Made by a program: the position numbers and the translations under genes. From an uncultured Gammaproteobacteria bacterium (GTDB taxonomy: Bacteria > Pseudomonadota > Gammaproteobacteria > UBA9214): a stretch of 64,000 bases of DNA. Positions 24,637 through 35,823 of the stretch are shown here, one piece after another. The notes under the pieces are model-generated. The model was not told the origin of the DNA and did no database searches. It saw only the letters and a program-made list of their open reading frames with translations. Each line of letters opens with the position of its first letter. Position 1 is the first letter of the stretch. The stretch covers positions 17,307 to 81,306 of the forward strand of contig CAVYZN010000031.1 in the NCBI GenBank assembly GCA_963773065.1, given 5' to 3'.

Positions 24637-24839
24637 AATTGATTAAATTAAGATTTAAAAATATGATTGTTTATATTATTACAAGCATTGGGTTACTGTT
24701 GGTAAGTATAAAAAATCAATGGTATTCAATTTCATGCATCAACTACAACCCCACCTAAAACTCCGTAGCTCAGTGTGTATAAGCTGTGGATAATCAGGGA
24801 TAAATATCACTCCGAATAGTTGTCCACAAGTTATCAACT
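24637..24839. other. oriC: Probable replication origin
   Basis: AT-rich tract at about 24637-24730 plus DnaA boxes TGTGTATAA (24774), TGTGGATAA (24785) and TTGTCCACA (24820) in the dnaA-dnaN spacer. Confidence 0.75.
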
Positions 24840-26186
24840 TCATGTGGTCAGAGTTCTCAACAAGTTGTTGTAGTCTTCATTGATGCGCGCATCCAAGTCC
24901 CTGAGTTCAATAACCTTGCGGCAGGCATGTATCACAGTGGTATGGTCCCGTCCACCGAAGGCATCCCCGATTTCGGGCAGGCTGTGCGTGGTCAGTTCCT
25001 TCGCCAACGCCATCGCGATTTGGCGGGGACGGGTAATGGTTCGACTGCGCCGAGGTGAGAGCAGGTCGGCCACCCGTATCTTGTAATACTCCGCGACCGT
25101 CTTCTGGATATTTGCCGTGGTAACCAGCTTGTCCTGCAAAGCCAGCAGATCGCGCAAGGCTTCTTTGGTAAATTCAAGCGTTATTGGCTGACCAGTAAAA
25201 CGTGCACTCGCGATGACGCGACGCAGGGCACCTTCCAGTTCACGGATGTTGGACTGGATGCGTTTGGCGATAAAGAACGCGACATCGTCCGGTAAGTTGA
25301 TATTGCTCTGAGTTGCCTTGTTCATGAGGATCGCCACGCGGGTTTCCAGCTCAGCCGGCTCTATGGCTGCCGTAAGCCCCCAGCCGAAGCGCGATTTTAG
25401 GCGTTCTTCCAGACCCTGGACCTCCTTGGGATAACGGTCACAGGTCAGGATGACCTGCTGTTGGCCTTCTAGCAAGGCATTGAATGTATGGAAAAACTCC
25501 TCTTGAGACCGCTCCTTGCCGGCAAAGAACTGGATATCGTCTATGAGCAATGCATCGACGTTTCGGTAGAAGCGTTTGAAGTCGTTGATGGCATTGTGCT
25601 GCAACGCCTTGACCATGTCTGCGACAAAACGTTCTGAATGCAGGTAGATGACGCGGGCAGTCGGATTGCGCTCATGAATTAGGTTGCCAACGGCATGCAT
25701 AAGGTGGGTTTTGCCCAGCCCGACACCGCCATAGATGAACAGCGGGTTATAGGCGCCCCCAGGGTTCTCCCCAACCTGCATGGAGGCGGCGCGTGCCAAT
25801 TGGTTGGATTTGCCGCCAACGAAAGTCGCGAATGAGAAATCGGGGTTGAGATTGCTTTTGTACTGACCTGGAATCGGCTTGTCCGTCGCCGGGCTGCGCA
25901 GCGTCAGCGCAGGTAATGCCGCTGCGGGTTCACTGCCCCGCTTGGTACTGCCGATATCGAGTAGTACTTGGGTTTCAGCCTCGGGGTTGATGTCATGCAG
26001 GGTGCGTGAGATGGTATCGAAATGGTGTTTACTGACCCAGTCGAGCACGAACTGGTTAGGTGCCAGGAGGCGCAGACTTTCCGGGGTTTCGATGGCATGC
26101 AACGGACGTATCCAGGTATTGAATTGTTGTTCGGGAAGTTCATTTTCCAGGCGAACCAAACACTTTTGCCAAAGCGACACTTCCAC
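24840..26186 (-). CDS. dnaA: Chromosomal replication initiator
   Basis: [33 protein letters not shown]. Confidence 0.98.
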   Translation of the reverse strand: MEVSLWQKCLVRLENELPEQQFNTWIRPLHAIETPESLRLLAPNQFVLDWVSKHHFDTISRTLHDINPEAETQVLLDIGSTKRGSEPAAALPALTLRSPATDKPIPGQYKSNLNPDFSFATFVGGKSNQLARAASMQVGENPGGAYNPLFIYGGVGLGKTHLMHAVGNLIHERNPTARVIYLHSERFVADMVKALQHNAINDFKRFYRNVDALLIDDIQFFAGKERSQEEFFHTFNALLEGQQQVILTCDRYPKEVQGLEERLKSRFGWGLTAAIEPAELETRVAILMNKATQSNINLPDDVAFFIAKRIQSNIRELEGALRRVIASARFTGQPITLEFTKEALRDLLALQDKLVTTANIQKTVAEYYKIRVADLLSPRRSRTITRPRQIAMALAKELTTHSLPEIGDAFGGRDHTTVIHACRKVIELRDLDARINEDYNNLLRTLTT

Positions 26187-26256
26187 CAGACAAGCCTCCC
26201 TTTTTGTTGTGAGCAGTGCGATGCCAGGTGGGGAAGTCTATACCTGTCATTACAAG

Positions 26257-26265
26257 TTATCCACA
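26257..26265 (+). promoter_or_regulatory. DnaA box in the dnaA promoter region
   Basis: Perfect TTATCCACA, with a one-mismatch box TGTGGATGA at 26358. Confidence 0.75.
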
Positions 26266-26399
26266 CTCACTCCGTTCGCGCCGGCGGAATACTTTCAGGT
26301 TGACAGCCTGTCCGCTAAAACAGTACCCTTTGCGACCTTTTCACGCCGCAAATTTGGTGTGGATGATATCGTAGTAATTTATTTGGGACCTGGCGTGTC

Positions 26400-26534
26400 A
26401 TGAAAAGAACTTTTCAACCCAGCAACTTGAAGCGTAAACGCACGCACGGGTTTCGTGCGCGCATGAGTACCAAAAGCGGCCGAGCAGTTATCAACGCACG
26501 TCGTGCCAAGGGCCGGGCGCGGCTGTCCGTCTGA
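26400..26534 (+). CDS. rpmH: 50S ribosomal protein L34
   Basis: Hand translation [44 protein letters not shown], below the ORF-track cutoff. Confidence 0.97.
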   Translation: MKRTFQPSNLKRKRTHGFRARMSTKSGRAVINARRAKGRARLSV

Positions 26535-26544
26535 ACCCTTACTC

Positions 26545-26913
26545 TTGCGTTCCAGCCTGGCGCATTTTCCACGGCAGGCTCGACTGACGCAGCCCGTCGA
26601 GTATCGGCGGGTATTCGACCACAGCCGTTGCAAGGCAAGTAATCGCTGGATGACAGTACTAGCCACCCATAATTCCCGGCATGGGTCTCGTCTTGGTTTG
26701 GTGATATCCCGCAAGTCAGTGCGTACCGCTGTAGCCCGTAACCGCATCAAACGCCAAGTAAGGGAAAGTTTCCGCCATTGGCAGGTGCAACTGGGAAGTC
26801 TTGACATCGTAGTCATCGGCCGCGTGGGTATTGCAATGCAACCAAACAGGGTTCTTGCAGAGGCACTCGAAAAAATCTGGAAACAGTTGATGGATTCATG
26901 CGCTTGTTCTTAA
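26545..26913 (+). CDS. rnpA: Ribonuclease P protein
   Basis: RLGLVISRK..AVARNRIKRQVRESFR. Start codon uncertain. Confidence 0.92.
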   Translation: MRSSLAHFPRQARLTQPVEYRRVFDHSRCKASNRWMTVLATHNSRHGSRLGLVISRKSVRTAVARNRIKRQVRESFRHWQVQLGSLDIVVIGRVGIAMQPNRVLAEALEKIWKQLMDSCACS

Positions 26914-27134
26914 TACAACTCATCAAGGCTTATCGGTTTCTGCTGAGCCCTTGGCTTGGCGGACACTGCCGGTTTCATCCGACCTGCTCCTGTTATGCGA
27001 TCATCGCCATCGAACGTTACGGCGCCCTGCGCGGGAGCGGAATGGCATTGCGCCGTCTATTACGCTGTCATCCCTGGCACCCCGGCGGTATCGATGAAGT
27101 TCCGGACAAGGAAGTGACCTGCCATCATGGATAA
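26898..27134 (+). CDS. yidD: Membrane protein insertion efficiency factor
   Basis: CRFHPTCSCY..RCHPWHPGGID. Confidence 0.93.
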   Translation: MRLFLIQLIKAYRFLLSPWLGGHCRFHPTCSCYAIIAIERYGALRGSGMALRRLLRCHPWHPGGIDEVPDKEVTCHHG

Positions 27135-28782
27135 CCAGCGCCTGTTCCTGTTTGTCGCCCTCTCCTTCGTGGTCCTGCTGTTGTGGCAGGCCTGGATAAA
27201 GGACTACGGTCCTGTGACGCAGACGCAGCCTGCACCGGCTGAGACGGAACAGCCGATCACCGGTACCGCGCCCGGTGAGGACGTGCCGCCAGTAACCGGC
27301 GTCGTACCCGCGGCTAAAGAAGGCCTCATGCCGGAAGAAATCGTACTGAATACAGGTCAACAGATACACGTGGAAACCGATACCTTGAGCGCGGTGATCG
27401 ATACAGTCGGTGGTGATTTGCGCCGCGCCGATCTGCTTACTTATCCCATAACAATGAAGCCGGATTCCCCGCCGTTTCGCCTGCTGAACGACACCATGCC
27501 GGATTTGTTCGTGGTCCAGTCGGGTTTGCGCACGCCGGACGGCGCTGAACCCACCCACCATGCCGAGTACCATGCCGATCAGAATTACTACCGGTTAGAT
27601 GCCGCTGCCGACACCCTGCAGGTCCCTCTACACTGGCGCAGTCCTGAAGGGGTTGAAGTTACCAAACTCTACACCTTTCACCGCAGCGGCTACGTTGTGA
27701 ATATTGACTACCAGGTCAAAAATGGCAGCGCTGCCGACTGGCGCGGGCGCGAGTATCGCCAGTTGCAGCGCAGCCCGCTGGCGGCGGCCAGTCAGTCTAA
27801 GTTTATCCGCACTTACACCGGCGCCGTACTCTACAGTCCGGATGACAAGTACCAGAAAGTCTCGTTCGCGGACATGGACAAGAGCGCGCTGGATCGCAAC
27901 ATAACCGATGGGTGGGCAGCCATGATCCAGCATTATTTCCTGGTGGCGCTGATTCCGGAGCGCGGTGATAACGATCGCTATTACACTAAGACCCTGAGTG
28001 GTCCGCGTTACGTAATCGGCCTGATCTCCCCGGAGCGGACGATTCCTGCCGGCGGCACCACGACGTTCCACACCCGCCTGTATGCGGGTCCCAAGCTTCA
28101 GGATCACCTGGCGGAGGTGGCGCCCGGACTGGAGCTGACGGTGGATTACGGTCGGCTCACCGTATTGGCCCAGCCGCTATTCTGGCTGCTGAAGACCATA
28201 CACAAGCTGGTCGGCAACTGGGGTTGGTCCATCGTGTTGCTTACGCTGCTGATCAAGCTGGCGTTCTACAAGCTGTCGGAAACCAGTTACCGTTCCATGG
28301 CCAACATGCGTAAGCTGGCGCCGCGGCTGCAATCGCTCAAGGAACGCTACGGCGACGACCGCCAGCGCCTCAACCAGGCCATGATGGAGCTCTACAAGAA
28401 GGAGAAGATAAACCCGCTCGGTGGCTGCCTGCCGATCGTTGTGCAGATACCGGTGTTCATCGCGCTTTACTGGGTGTTGCTGGAGAGCGTGGAAATGCGC
28501 CAGGCGCCGTTCATGCTGTGGATCAACAATCTATCCTCGCCCGACCCCTACTACGTGTTGCCGCTGCTGATGGGCGCAACTATGCTGATCCAGCAAAAGC
28601 TCAATCCGGCCCCGATGGATCCGATCCAGGCAAAGGTCATGATGGCGCTGCCGGTGGTGTTCACCGTATTTTTCGCCTTTTTCCCGTCCGGACTGGTGCT
28701 CTACTGGGTGGTCAACAATACCCTCTCCATCGCCCAGCAGTATGTGATCACGCGTCGCATCGAGCGCGGCGCTAAAAAATAA
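27127..28782 (+). CDS. yidC: Membrane protein insertase
   Basis: MDNQR start, [21 protein letters not shown]. Confidence 0.97.
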   Translation: MDNQRLFLFVALSFVVLLLWQAWIKDYGPVTQTQPAPAETEQPITGTAPGEDVPPVTGVVPAAKEGLMPEEIVLNTGQQIHVETDTLSAVIDTVGGDLRRADLLTYPITMKPDSPPFRLLNDTMPDLFVVQSGLRTPDGAEPTHHAEYHADQNYYRLDAAADTLQVPLHWRSPEGVEVTKLYTFHRSGYVVNIDYQVKNGSAADWRGREYRQLQRSPLAAASQSKFIRTYTGAVLYSPDDKYQKVSFADMDKSALDRNITDGWAAMIQHYFLVALIPERGDNDRYYTKTLSGPRYVIGLISPERTIPAGGTTTFHTRLYAGPKLQDHLAEVAPGLELTVDYGRLTVLAQPLFWLLKTIHKLVGNWGWSIVLLTLLIKLAFYKLSETSYRSMANMRKLAPRLQSLKERYGDDRQRLNQAMMELYKKEKINPLGGCLPIVVQIPVFIALYWVLLESVEMRQAPFMLWINNLSSPDPYYVLPLLMGATMLIQQKLNPAPMDPIQAKVMMALPVVFTVFFAFFPSGLVLYWVVNNTLSIAQQYVITRRIERGAKK

Positions 28783-28807
28783 ACCCCCCGCTTGCGGCGG
28801 TCGTCCC

Positions 28808-30160
28808 GTGGCCCCGAACACCGACACCATCGCCGCCATCGCGACCCCGCACGGCCGGGGCGGTATCGGCATCGTGCGCATCTCCGGACCGGAGGTACCG
28901 ACCATCGCCCGGCAGTTGCTGGGGCGTCTGCCAAAGGCGCGTTATGCCGAATTGCACGACTTCCGTGATGCCGACGGGACACGGATCGACGCCGGCCTGG
29001 CGCTCTATTTCCCGGCGCCCGCCTCGTTCACCGGTGAGCATGTGCTGGAACTGCACGGCCATGGCGGCCCCGTGATCATGGATCTGCTGCTGCAGCGCGT
29101 GCTATCGCTAGGCGCGCGCTCGGCACGCCCTGGCGAATTCACCGAACGCGCATTCCTCAATGACAAGATGGATCTCGCCCAGGCCGAGGCCATCGCCGAC
29201 CTCATCGACAGCGGCACGGCCCAGGCGGCGCGGGCGGCGGTGCGTTCCCTGCAAGGTATGTTTTCAGAGCGGATCCATGTTCTGCTGCAACAGCTCATCG
29301 CGCTGCGTTCCTGGGTCGAGGCCGCCATGGATTTTCCGGACGAGGAGATCGATCTGCTCTCCGATGAACGGCTCGGTGAACAGATCAGCGCATTGAGCCA
29401 TGCCATCGATCGGGTACTGGAAGGCGCGCACCAGGGCCAGCTGCTGCACGACGGTATGACGCTGGTCATCGCCGGGCGGCCGAACGCCGGCAAGTCCAGC
29501 CTGCTAAATGCACTAGCGGGGCATGACGCCGCAATCGTAACCGACATACCCGGCACCACGCGCGATGTGCTGCGTGAGCACATCCAGATCGACGGCATGC
29601 CGCTGCACATTATTGATACCGCCGGACTGCACGAGAGCACTGATCCCGTGGAACAGGCGGGCATGCAACGGGCACGGCGCGCCATGGAAAGCGCCGATCG
29701 CGTCCTACTGGTGGTTGATGACCAGCAGGGTTACACCGCGGCCGATGCCGCCATCCTCAAGGAGCTGCCGGCCGGCATCCCCCATACTCGCATCCGCAGC
29801 AAGATCGATATTACCGGCCGTCCGCCCGGTATCAGCGGTATAGACGCTCCGGTGGAAATCGCGCTCTCGGCCCATACCGGCGGAGGGATGGACGACTTGC
29901 GGCGCCATCTCAAGCACTGCGTCGGTTTCCAGGAAGAGGCCGAGGGCGGGTTCAGTGCGCGCCGCCGGCATCTCGATGCCCTGCGACGGGCACGCACCCA
30001 TGTCGAGGAAGGAAAGCACCTGCTGCAGAAGCGCTACGCCGCGGAACTTCTGGCGGAGGAATTGCGCGATGCGCAGCAGGATCTCGACGAGATCACCGGC
30101 GCCTTCACCAATGAGGACCTGCTGGACAGGATTTTCAGCAGCTTCTGCATAGGAAAATAG
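28808..30160 (+). CDS. mnmE: tRNA modification GTPase
   Basis: [31 protein letters not shown]. Confidence 0.97.
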   Translation: MAPNTDTIAAIATPHGRGGIGIVRISGPEVPTIARQLLGRLPKARYAELHDFRDADGTRIDAGLALYFPAPASFTGEHVLELHGHGGPVIMDLLLQRVLSLGARSARPGEFTERAFLNDKMDLAQAEAIADLIDSGTAQAARAAVRSLQGMFSERIHVLLQQLIALRSWVEAAMDFPDEEIDLLSDERLGEQISALSHAIDRVLEGAHQGQLLHDGMTLVIAGRPNAGKSSLLNALAGHDAAIVTDIPGTTRDVLREHIQIDGMPLHIIDTAGLHESTDPVEQAGMQRARRAMESADRVLLVVDDQQGYTAADAAILKELPAGIPHTRIRSKIDITGRPPGISGIDAPVEIALSAHTGGGMDDLRRHLKHCVGFQEEAEGGFSARRRHLDALRRARTHVEEGKHLLQKRYAAELLAEELRDAQQDLDEITGAFTNEDLLDRIFSSFCIGK

Positions 30161-30180
30161 CCGGTTCGGAATCGACGAAG

Positions 30181-30392
30181 CCGCATTATGCCGGGAATCC
30201 GCTGTCCCCGCCTTCGCCAGCTATCTTGAGGACCTGAATGCAGAGGACCGGGTCTCACTCTGGGTTCATGGCCATGTGCACGAGCCGTTCTATTACGCGA
30301 TATGTGGTACCCGGGTGTTCTGCAACTCGCGCGGTTATGCGCCGCATGCTCTGGTACCGGGATTCCGTCCATGAGCGCTGGTGGAGATTTAG
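30181..30392 (+). pseudogene. 3' remnant of a calcineurin-like metallophosphoesterase
   Basis: AFASYLEDL..LWVHGHVHE..GTRVFCNSRGY..FRP*ALVEI*. It has no 5' part, a frameshift and an internal stop. Confidence 0.7.
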
Positions 30393-30809
30393 AGAAACTG
30401 GGGACATTCATATTCAGCAGATTCGGCTTATTCATGCCGGCTGGAATAACGAAAAATCGGAATTTCCTTAATCAGTCATCCCCTGATATACCCATGCAAA
30501 AGCCCGAAAAACCGCGATGTCCTGACTTTCTCGCAGTTCATCGTCATCCATCCAGCGTTGCATGACTGAACACACCGCGTGATTGATCTCGTTTGCATTC
30601 CTCTCCGGCACCCCGGCGGAGAAATGCAGACTAGAATTTAATGATCCGATGACGGTTGGGGCGACTGTCGTGCAGCCTGCGGTAAATCAGGGGTGTGATG
30701 GCTTGATAATATCAGTCAGGAGGCAGGCAACGTCGATGCCGCCTTACCCGTAAGAGATCGCGCCGCGAATCGGATCACATCCCTTCAACATTTGGCAAGG
30801 AGATATCAG

Positions 30810-31268
30810 ATGATCGAATCATTCGACAAAGGAGCCGTGGTGAGGCACCTCAACAAAATTCTCGAGCTGGAACTCGCCGGCTTGGTGCGCTACACGCATT
30901 ATGCCCTGATGGTCTATGGCTACAACCGTATTCCGATCGTTTCCTGGATGCAGGAACAGGCGGACGAGTCACTGGGACATGCCCGGGAGGCCGGGGAACT
31001 GGTTACCCAACTGGGCGAACACCCGTCGCTGGCCATCGGCCCCCTGCTGGAAACCCATAAACATGATATCGGTGACATCCTGCGCGAATCCCTGGAACAT
31101 GAGCGCGCGGCGCTGGCGGTCTACAAAGAACTGTTGGCGGAGGTGGCAGGCAAATCGGTGCTGCTGGAAGAGTATGCACGCCGGCTGATCGCCGCGGAAG
31201 AGGTGCACCAGGGTAATGTGGACAAGATGCTGCGTCGCCCCGGTGATGTAGGTACTTACTCCGGTTGA
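30810..31268 (+). CDS. Ferritin-like (bacterioferritin-related) protein
   Basis: LELELAG..ESLGH..EHE..EEVH diiron pattern. AGGAG RBS upstream. Confidence 0.85.
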   Translation: MIESFDKGAVVRHLNKILELELAGLVRYTHYALMVYGYNRIPIVSWMQEQADESLGHAREAGELVTQLGEHPSLAIGPLLETHKHDIGDILRESLEHERAALAVYKELLAEVAGKSVLLEEYARRLIAAEEVHQGNVDKMLRRPGDVGTYSG

Positions 31269-31737
31269 GGTGAAAGCGGGTATTTCCGGTACCTCGTCAT
31301 GATAGCTGACAGCCTGAGTAATCTCCGCTCCGCCTGACGAGGGTCTCGAAGTGCTTGCAACACTGCCGGTCGCAACGCCTTCGTGCAGGCAATTTCATAC
31401 CGGCGTACCCACACTGGCCAATTTTGTATTTGCATGAATTAATGGAAATAATTAAATTTAATCGTGTCGTCATGAAATATAAGGTACGATTAAACTAACT
31501 CAATAACTCCCTTATAATCAATGAAAAAGATAAAGCGACCTGCATATTGTCAGGGAGTAAAAGCCACATGGCGTCGTGCGGTCGGAGGATAGGGGAGCCG
31601 TGCTCGTGCGGTGATCAGGCATGTATAACGGCTGTGATCTAACCGTCGCTGCCTGAGGGTGCAAACCTATCAACTTCAATATTAAGGAAAAATAATTTTA
31701 ATTGGGTTTATCTATAAACTTACGGTAAAAATCAGAT

Positions 31738-32436
31738 ATGACGACATCACCCCGATTTTCGCTACGTGAGCGGAAATTTGCGCGTACCCGGCTTGCGCTG
31801 GCCGAGGTCGTTACTCACCACCTCGAAAATGCCCCTCTGGAAGCGCTCTCGGTCAAGTCATTGTGCGAGCGGGCCCAGATTTCCGAGGCAACCTTCTTCA
31901 ATTATTTCCCGAAGAAGGAAGCTATCGTGGTGTATCTGGACAAGCTCTGGTCGCTGGAGTTGAACTGGTACGGGCTACAGGTGGCGGGGCAGCAGAAAGG
32001 CCTGCCTGTCATTGAAGCCCTGTTTCGCTATGCAGCAATCCAAATTCAGAAAAAGCCGGGACTGATGGGAGAAATCATCGCATACCAAGCCAGGGAACGG
32101 ACGCGTTCACCCCGGCCGGATATCACTCCGGCTGAACGCGCCATGGCCTTCCGCGACCTGACTGGTATTGCGGAAACCGATCAGGACAGTCTGGAAATGG
32201 TGCTCAGAAAGGCATTGCAGCAGGCAGTGGATCAGGGAGATTTACCGCAAAATACCTTGATAACGGCGGCCATGGTGGGTCTGGTCTCGATATTCTACGG
32301 TGTACCCCTGGCTATCCAGCATACGAACCCGGCAAATATCGGGCCTATGTATCGGCAACAACTTGCCTTGTTATGGGCTGGTCTACGCGCGGTCGCCACC
32401 GGAGCCGTACGCCAGTCAGATCAGGCGAGTAATTGA
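31738..32436 (+). CDS. TetR/AcrR family regulator
   Basis: SLRERK..ISEATFFNYFPKKE HTH. Confidence 0.88.
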   Translation: MTTSPRFSLRERKFARTRLALAEVVTHHLENAPLEALSVKSLCERAQISEATFFNYFPKKEAIVVYLDKLWSLELNWYGLQVAGQQKGLPVIEALFRYAAIQIQKKPGLMGEIIAYQARERTRSPRPDITPAERAMAFRDLTGIAETDQDSLEMVLRKALQQAVDQGDLPQNTLITAAMVGLVSIFYGVPLAIQHTNPANIGPMYRQQLALLWAGLRAVATGAVRQSDQASN

Positions 32437-32442
32437 CCCCTC

Positions 32443-33033
32443 TTAACGGCGGGCCTTCTCGAGCGATTCTTTCCAGGCGCTGGCTAGTTGCGGCCACCAC
32501 TCGGGCTGGACCTCCTGCCACCAGCGGTGGGCAATTCTCAGCAGCCAGGCGCCGATTACCGGCAGATCCTCGCGCCAGAACCGGATGGCGCGCGTTCTGA
32601 GTAGTATTTTCAGGGGCGGCTTATCGAGCGCCTCCAACAGGCGAGATTCACGCGAGCGGGCCGCAACCAGTTCCTGCTCCAGGCTATTTTCCAGGCGGTT
32701 CATGCGTTCCCGCAGCATATTTAAATCCCTGACTGTCGTCAGCTTCTCCGTCTTGCTTGACTGATCCTGCAGGCGTCTTTCCAGGAAACCGATGCGCTGT
32801 TGCAGCTGTTCGAGATCAATCGGTATGCGGCGCACTAGCTTGCGTATGGCGGTGCCCTGAATCGGATGGGCGTCGCTGCGGCCATTTAGGGATGTCGCCG
32901 TGGTACTTGGTATTGACTGGTCGGATGGGCTTGCCTGGGTGATAGGGGCGGGAGATTCGCGCTTTCGTGAACGCGCTTTCGAGCGTTGCGGTTTCGTACC
33001 CCCTTCGTCCTTGGTGAATTCAAGGAGTCTCAT
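32443..33033 (-). CDS. Hypothetical coiled-coil protein with Trp-rich C-terminus
   Basis: 196-aa ORF with an RBS-like AAGGGTG that fills the gap between tetR and mnmG and shows a heptad pattern. Confidence 0.65.
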   Translation of the reverse strand: MRLLEFTKDEGGTKPQRSKARSRKRESPAPITQASPSDQSIPSTTATSLNGRSDAHPIQGTAIRKLVRRIPIDLEQLQQRIGFLERRLQDQSSKTEKLTTVRDLNMLRERMNRLENSLEQELVAARSRESRLLEALDKPPLKILLRTRAIRFWREDLPVIGAWLLRIAHRWWQEVQPEWWPQLASAWKESLEKARR

Positions 33034-33206
33034 ATATCACCCTTATCTAGTATAGATAAACGTAGTCTAACACAATATATATGAATTATTGTATCTAATT
33101 GCAGGGATCGGCACATGCATCGCCGCCTACCCGTACGCAACGGGCGCATTGCCCTGCTTTTGGCTCGCGGCGTAGTATTCCCTTCTATTTTTTCAGTTAC
33201 AGAAAC

Positions 33207-35102
33207 ATGACCGTGTTGGACAGAACCTTTGATGTGATTGTCGTCGGCGGCGGTCATGCCGGAACCGAGGCCGCGCTCGCGGCCGCGCGCCTGGGCGTCC
33301 GCACCCTGCTGCTGACCCACAATGTCGAGACCCTCGGTCAGATGAGCTGCAACCCGGCCATTGGCGGTATCGGCAAAAGTCATCTGGTCAAGGAGATCGA
33401 TGCGCTTGGCGGCCTGATGGCGCATGCCGCCGATCACGCCGGCATCCAGTTCCGCGTACTCAACGCCAGCAAGGGGCCGGCCGTACGTGCCACGCGGGCG
33501 CAGGCGGATCGCCTGTTATACAAACAGGCCGTGCGCCGTGCGCTGGAAAACCAGCCGAACCTGCATATTTTTCAGCAGGCGGTCGACGATCTGCTCCTCA
33601 CTGGCGAGCGTGTCACCGGTGTCATCACACAGATGGGACTCAGGTTTCATGCCGCCGCCGTGGTCCTGACGGTGGGGACTTTCCTCGCGGGGCGCATCCA
33701 TATCGGACCGAATAACCATGCGGGTGGCCGCGCGGGCGATCCTCCCGCCAACGCCCTGGCCGCCCGGCTGCGCGAATTGCCCCTGCGGGTGGGTCGCCTG
33801 AAGACCGGTACACCGCCGCGCCTCGACGGCCGTACCATCGACTACAGCCGTTTATCGGAACAGCGGGGCGACGAGCCGGTGCCGGTGATGTCATACCTTG
33901 GCTCACCGGGTGATCACCCGCGCCAGGTTTCCTGCCATCTCACCCACACCAATGAACGCACCCATGACATCATCCGGGACGGCCTCTCGGAGTCACCGAT
34001 GTATTCGGGCGCCATACAGGGGACGGGACCGCGTTACTGCCCCTCGATCGAAGACAAGGTGGTGCGCTTCGCCGACAAGACGTCGCATCAAATCTTCGTG
34101 GAACCGGAAGGACTGAATACGCACGAGATCTATCCCAACGGCATCTCCACCAGCCTGTCCTATGCGGTGCAGGAGGCCCTGGTGCGATCCATTGCCGGGT
34201 TTGAATGCGCACACATCACCCGCCCGGGCTATGCCATCGAATACGACTTCTTCGATCCACGCGATTTGCAGGGATCCCTGGAGACCAAGGTGATCGAGGG
34301 ACTCTTCTTTGCGGGCCAGATCAACGGCACGACCGGCTATGAAGAGGCGGCCGCACAGGGCCTGATGGCCGGATTGAACGCGGCGCGCAAGGTACAGGGC
34401 AATCCACCGTGGACCCCACGGCGCGATGAGGCCTACATCGGGGTATTGATCGACGACCTGATCACACGCGGAACCAGCGAGCCGTACCGGATGTTCACCA
34501 GCCGCGCCGAATACCGCTTGCTGCTGCGCGAGGACAACGCCGATCTGCGGCTCACGCCACGCGGGCGGGAGCTGGGTCTGGTTGATGCACACCGCTGGCG
34601 GATCTTCAGTGAAAAGCATGCCGCGATCGTCAATGAGCAGCAGCGTTTGCAAATGCTGCTGCTGCGTCCCGACAGCGGGCCGGGCGCAGCCCTCTCCGTC
34701 CTGCTGGAGAAGCCGCTCGCGCGCGAGCAGCGGGCGCATGAACTGTTGCGACGCCCTGACGTTTGCTATGCCGACCTGATGGCCGTTGCCGGCATCGGTC
34801 CAGGTGTGGCGGATGCACAGGTAGCCGAGCAGGTCGAGATCCAGGCCAGGTATTCCGGCTACCTCGAGCGCCAGCAGGCGGAGATCAACCGGCAGCATCG
34901 CCAACAGGAACAAGCCCTGCCGGCGGATTTCGATTACAATGCGGTCCGGGGGCTTTCCAACGAGGTATGCGAAAAATTGCTTGCGGTGCGTCCGCAGACC
35001 ATCGGACAGGCGTCACGAATTCCGGGCATCACACCCGCGGCCGTGTCACTGTTGCTGATACACCTCAGGAGATGGGACCGCGCCGAACGCCACATCACCT
35101 GA
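33207..35102 (+). CDS. mnmG: tRNA uridine-5-carboxymethylaminomethyl modification enzyme
   Basis: [46 protein letters not shown]. Confidence 0.98.
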   Translation: MTVLDRTFDVIVVGGGHAGTEAALAAARLGVRTLLLTHNVETLGQMSCNPAIGGIGKSHLVKEIDALGGLMAHAADHAGIQFRVLNASKGPAVRATRAQADRLLYKQAVRRALENQPNLHIFQQAVDDLLLTGERVTGVITQMGLRFHAAAVVLTVGTFLAGRIHIGPNNHAGGRAGDPPANALAARLRELPLRVGRLKTGTPPRLDGRTIDYSRLSEQRGDEPVPVMSYLGSPGDHPRQVSCHLTHTNERTHDIIRDGLSESPMYSGAIQGTGPRYCPSIEDKVVRFADKTSHQIFVEPEGLNTHEIYPNGISTSLSYAVQEALVRSIAGFECAHITRPGYAIEYDFFDPRDLQGSLETKVIEGLFFAGQINGTTGYEEAAAQGLMAGLNAARKVQGNPPWTPRRDEAYIGVLIDDLITRGTSEPYRMFTSRAEYRLLLREDNADLRLTPRGRELGLVDAHRWRIFSEKHAAIVNEQQRLQMLLLRPDSGPGAALSVLLEKPLAREQRAHELLRRPDVCYADLMAVAGIGPGVADAQVAEQVEIQARYSGYLERQQAEINRQHRQQEQALPADFDYNAVRGLSNEVCEKLLAVRPQTIGQASRIPGITPAAVSLLLIHLRRWDRAERHIT

Positions 35103-35115
35103 TGCGATCGAGTTC

Positions 35116-35799
35116 ATGACAGAGATGCATACCCGCGGATACACCGGCAAGGGACAACAGGGAAAATTCCTGCAACCGGAAGAGTTGCTCGATGATGGCA
35201 TCTACGAACTCGGGCTGGAAGAACGCTTGGCCGGGGACGAGCGGTTGATGGAGTTCATCACCGAATTGATGAACTGGAACCGCATATATAACTTGACGTC
35301 GGTGCGCAAACCGACCGAGATCGTCACCCGGCATATACTCGACAGCCTGTCCATCCTCCCCTATCTCGAGGGCGAGCGAGTGCTGGATATCGGGACTGGC
35401 GCGGGACTGCCGGGCATCCCGCTGGCGATCGCCTGCCCGGAACGGGAATTCGTCCTGCTGGACAGCAGCGGCAAGAAACTGCGCTTCGTGCAGCAGACCC
35501 TGGCCATACTGAAACTGGACAATGTCCTGCTTGAACACACGCGCATCGAGGATTACCACCCGCAGGAGCGTTTCAGCAGCGTTATCTGCCGCGCGTTCTC
35601 GGAGCTGCGTGAAGTTTACCGGTATGCGGCACACCTGTGCGCCAGCGAGGGACGGATACTGGCCATGAAGGGTGTCTATCCGATAGCCGAGATCGAAGGA
35701 CTGGACAACAGGGCAGTGATCGACAAGGTGGTCTCCCTGAGTGTTCCGGGACTCGATGCGGAGCGCCACCTGGTGTGCATGCATGCCGCGGCGCGTTAG
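35116..35799 (+). CDS. rsmG: 16S rRNA m7G527 methyltransferase
   Basis: WNRIYNLT, HILDSL, DIGTGAGLPG, RAF. Confidence 0.96.
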   Translation: MTEMHTRGYTGKGQQGKFLQPEELLDDGIYELGLEERLAGDERLMEFITELMNWNRIYNLTSVRKPTEIVTRHILDSLSILPYLEGERVLDIGTGAGLPGIPLAIACPEREFVLLDSSGKKLRFVQQTLAILKLDNVLLEHTRIEDYHPQERFSSVICRAFSELREVYRYAAHLCASEGRILAMKGVYPIAEIEGLDNRAVIDKVVSLSVPGLDAERHLVCMHAAAR

Positions 35800-35823
35800 C
35801 GGTCAACGGCTTACAGAGGCAGC

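Noticed and set aside
30700-30720. Fur box before the ferritin-like gene
   Set aside because: Only one half-site (TGATAAT) matches.
33034-33206. Enteric-type oriC upstream of mnmG
   Set aside because: AT-rich, but no DnaA boxes or GATC clustering.
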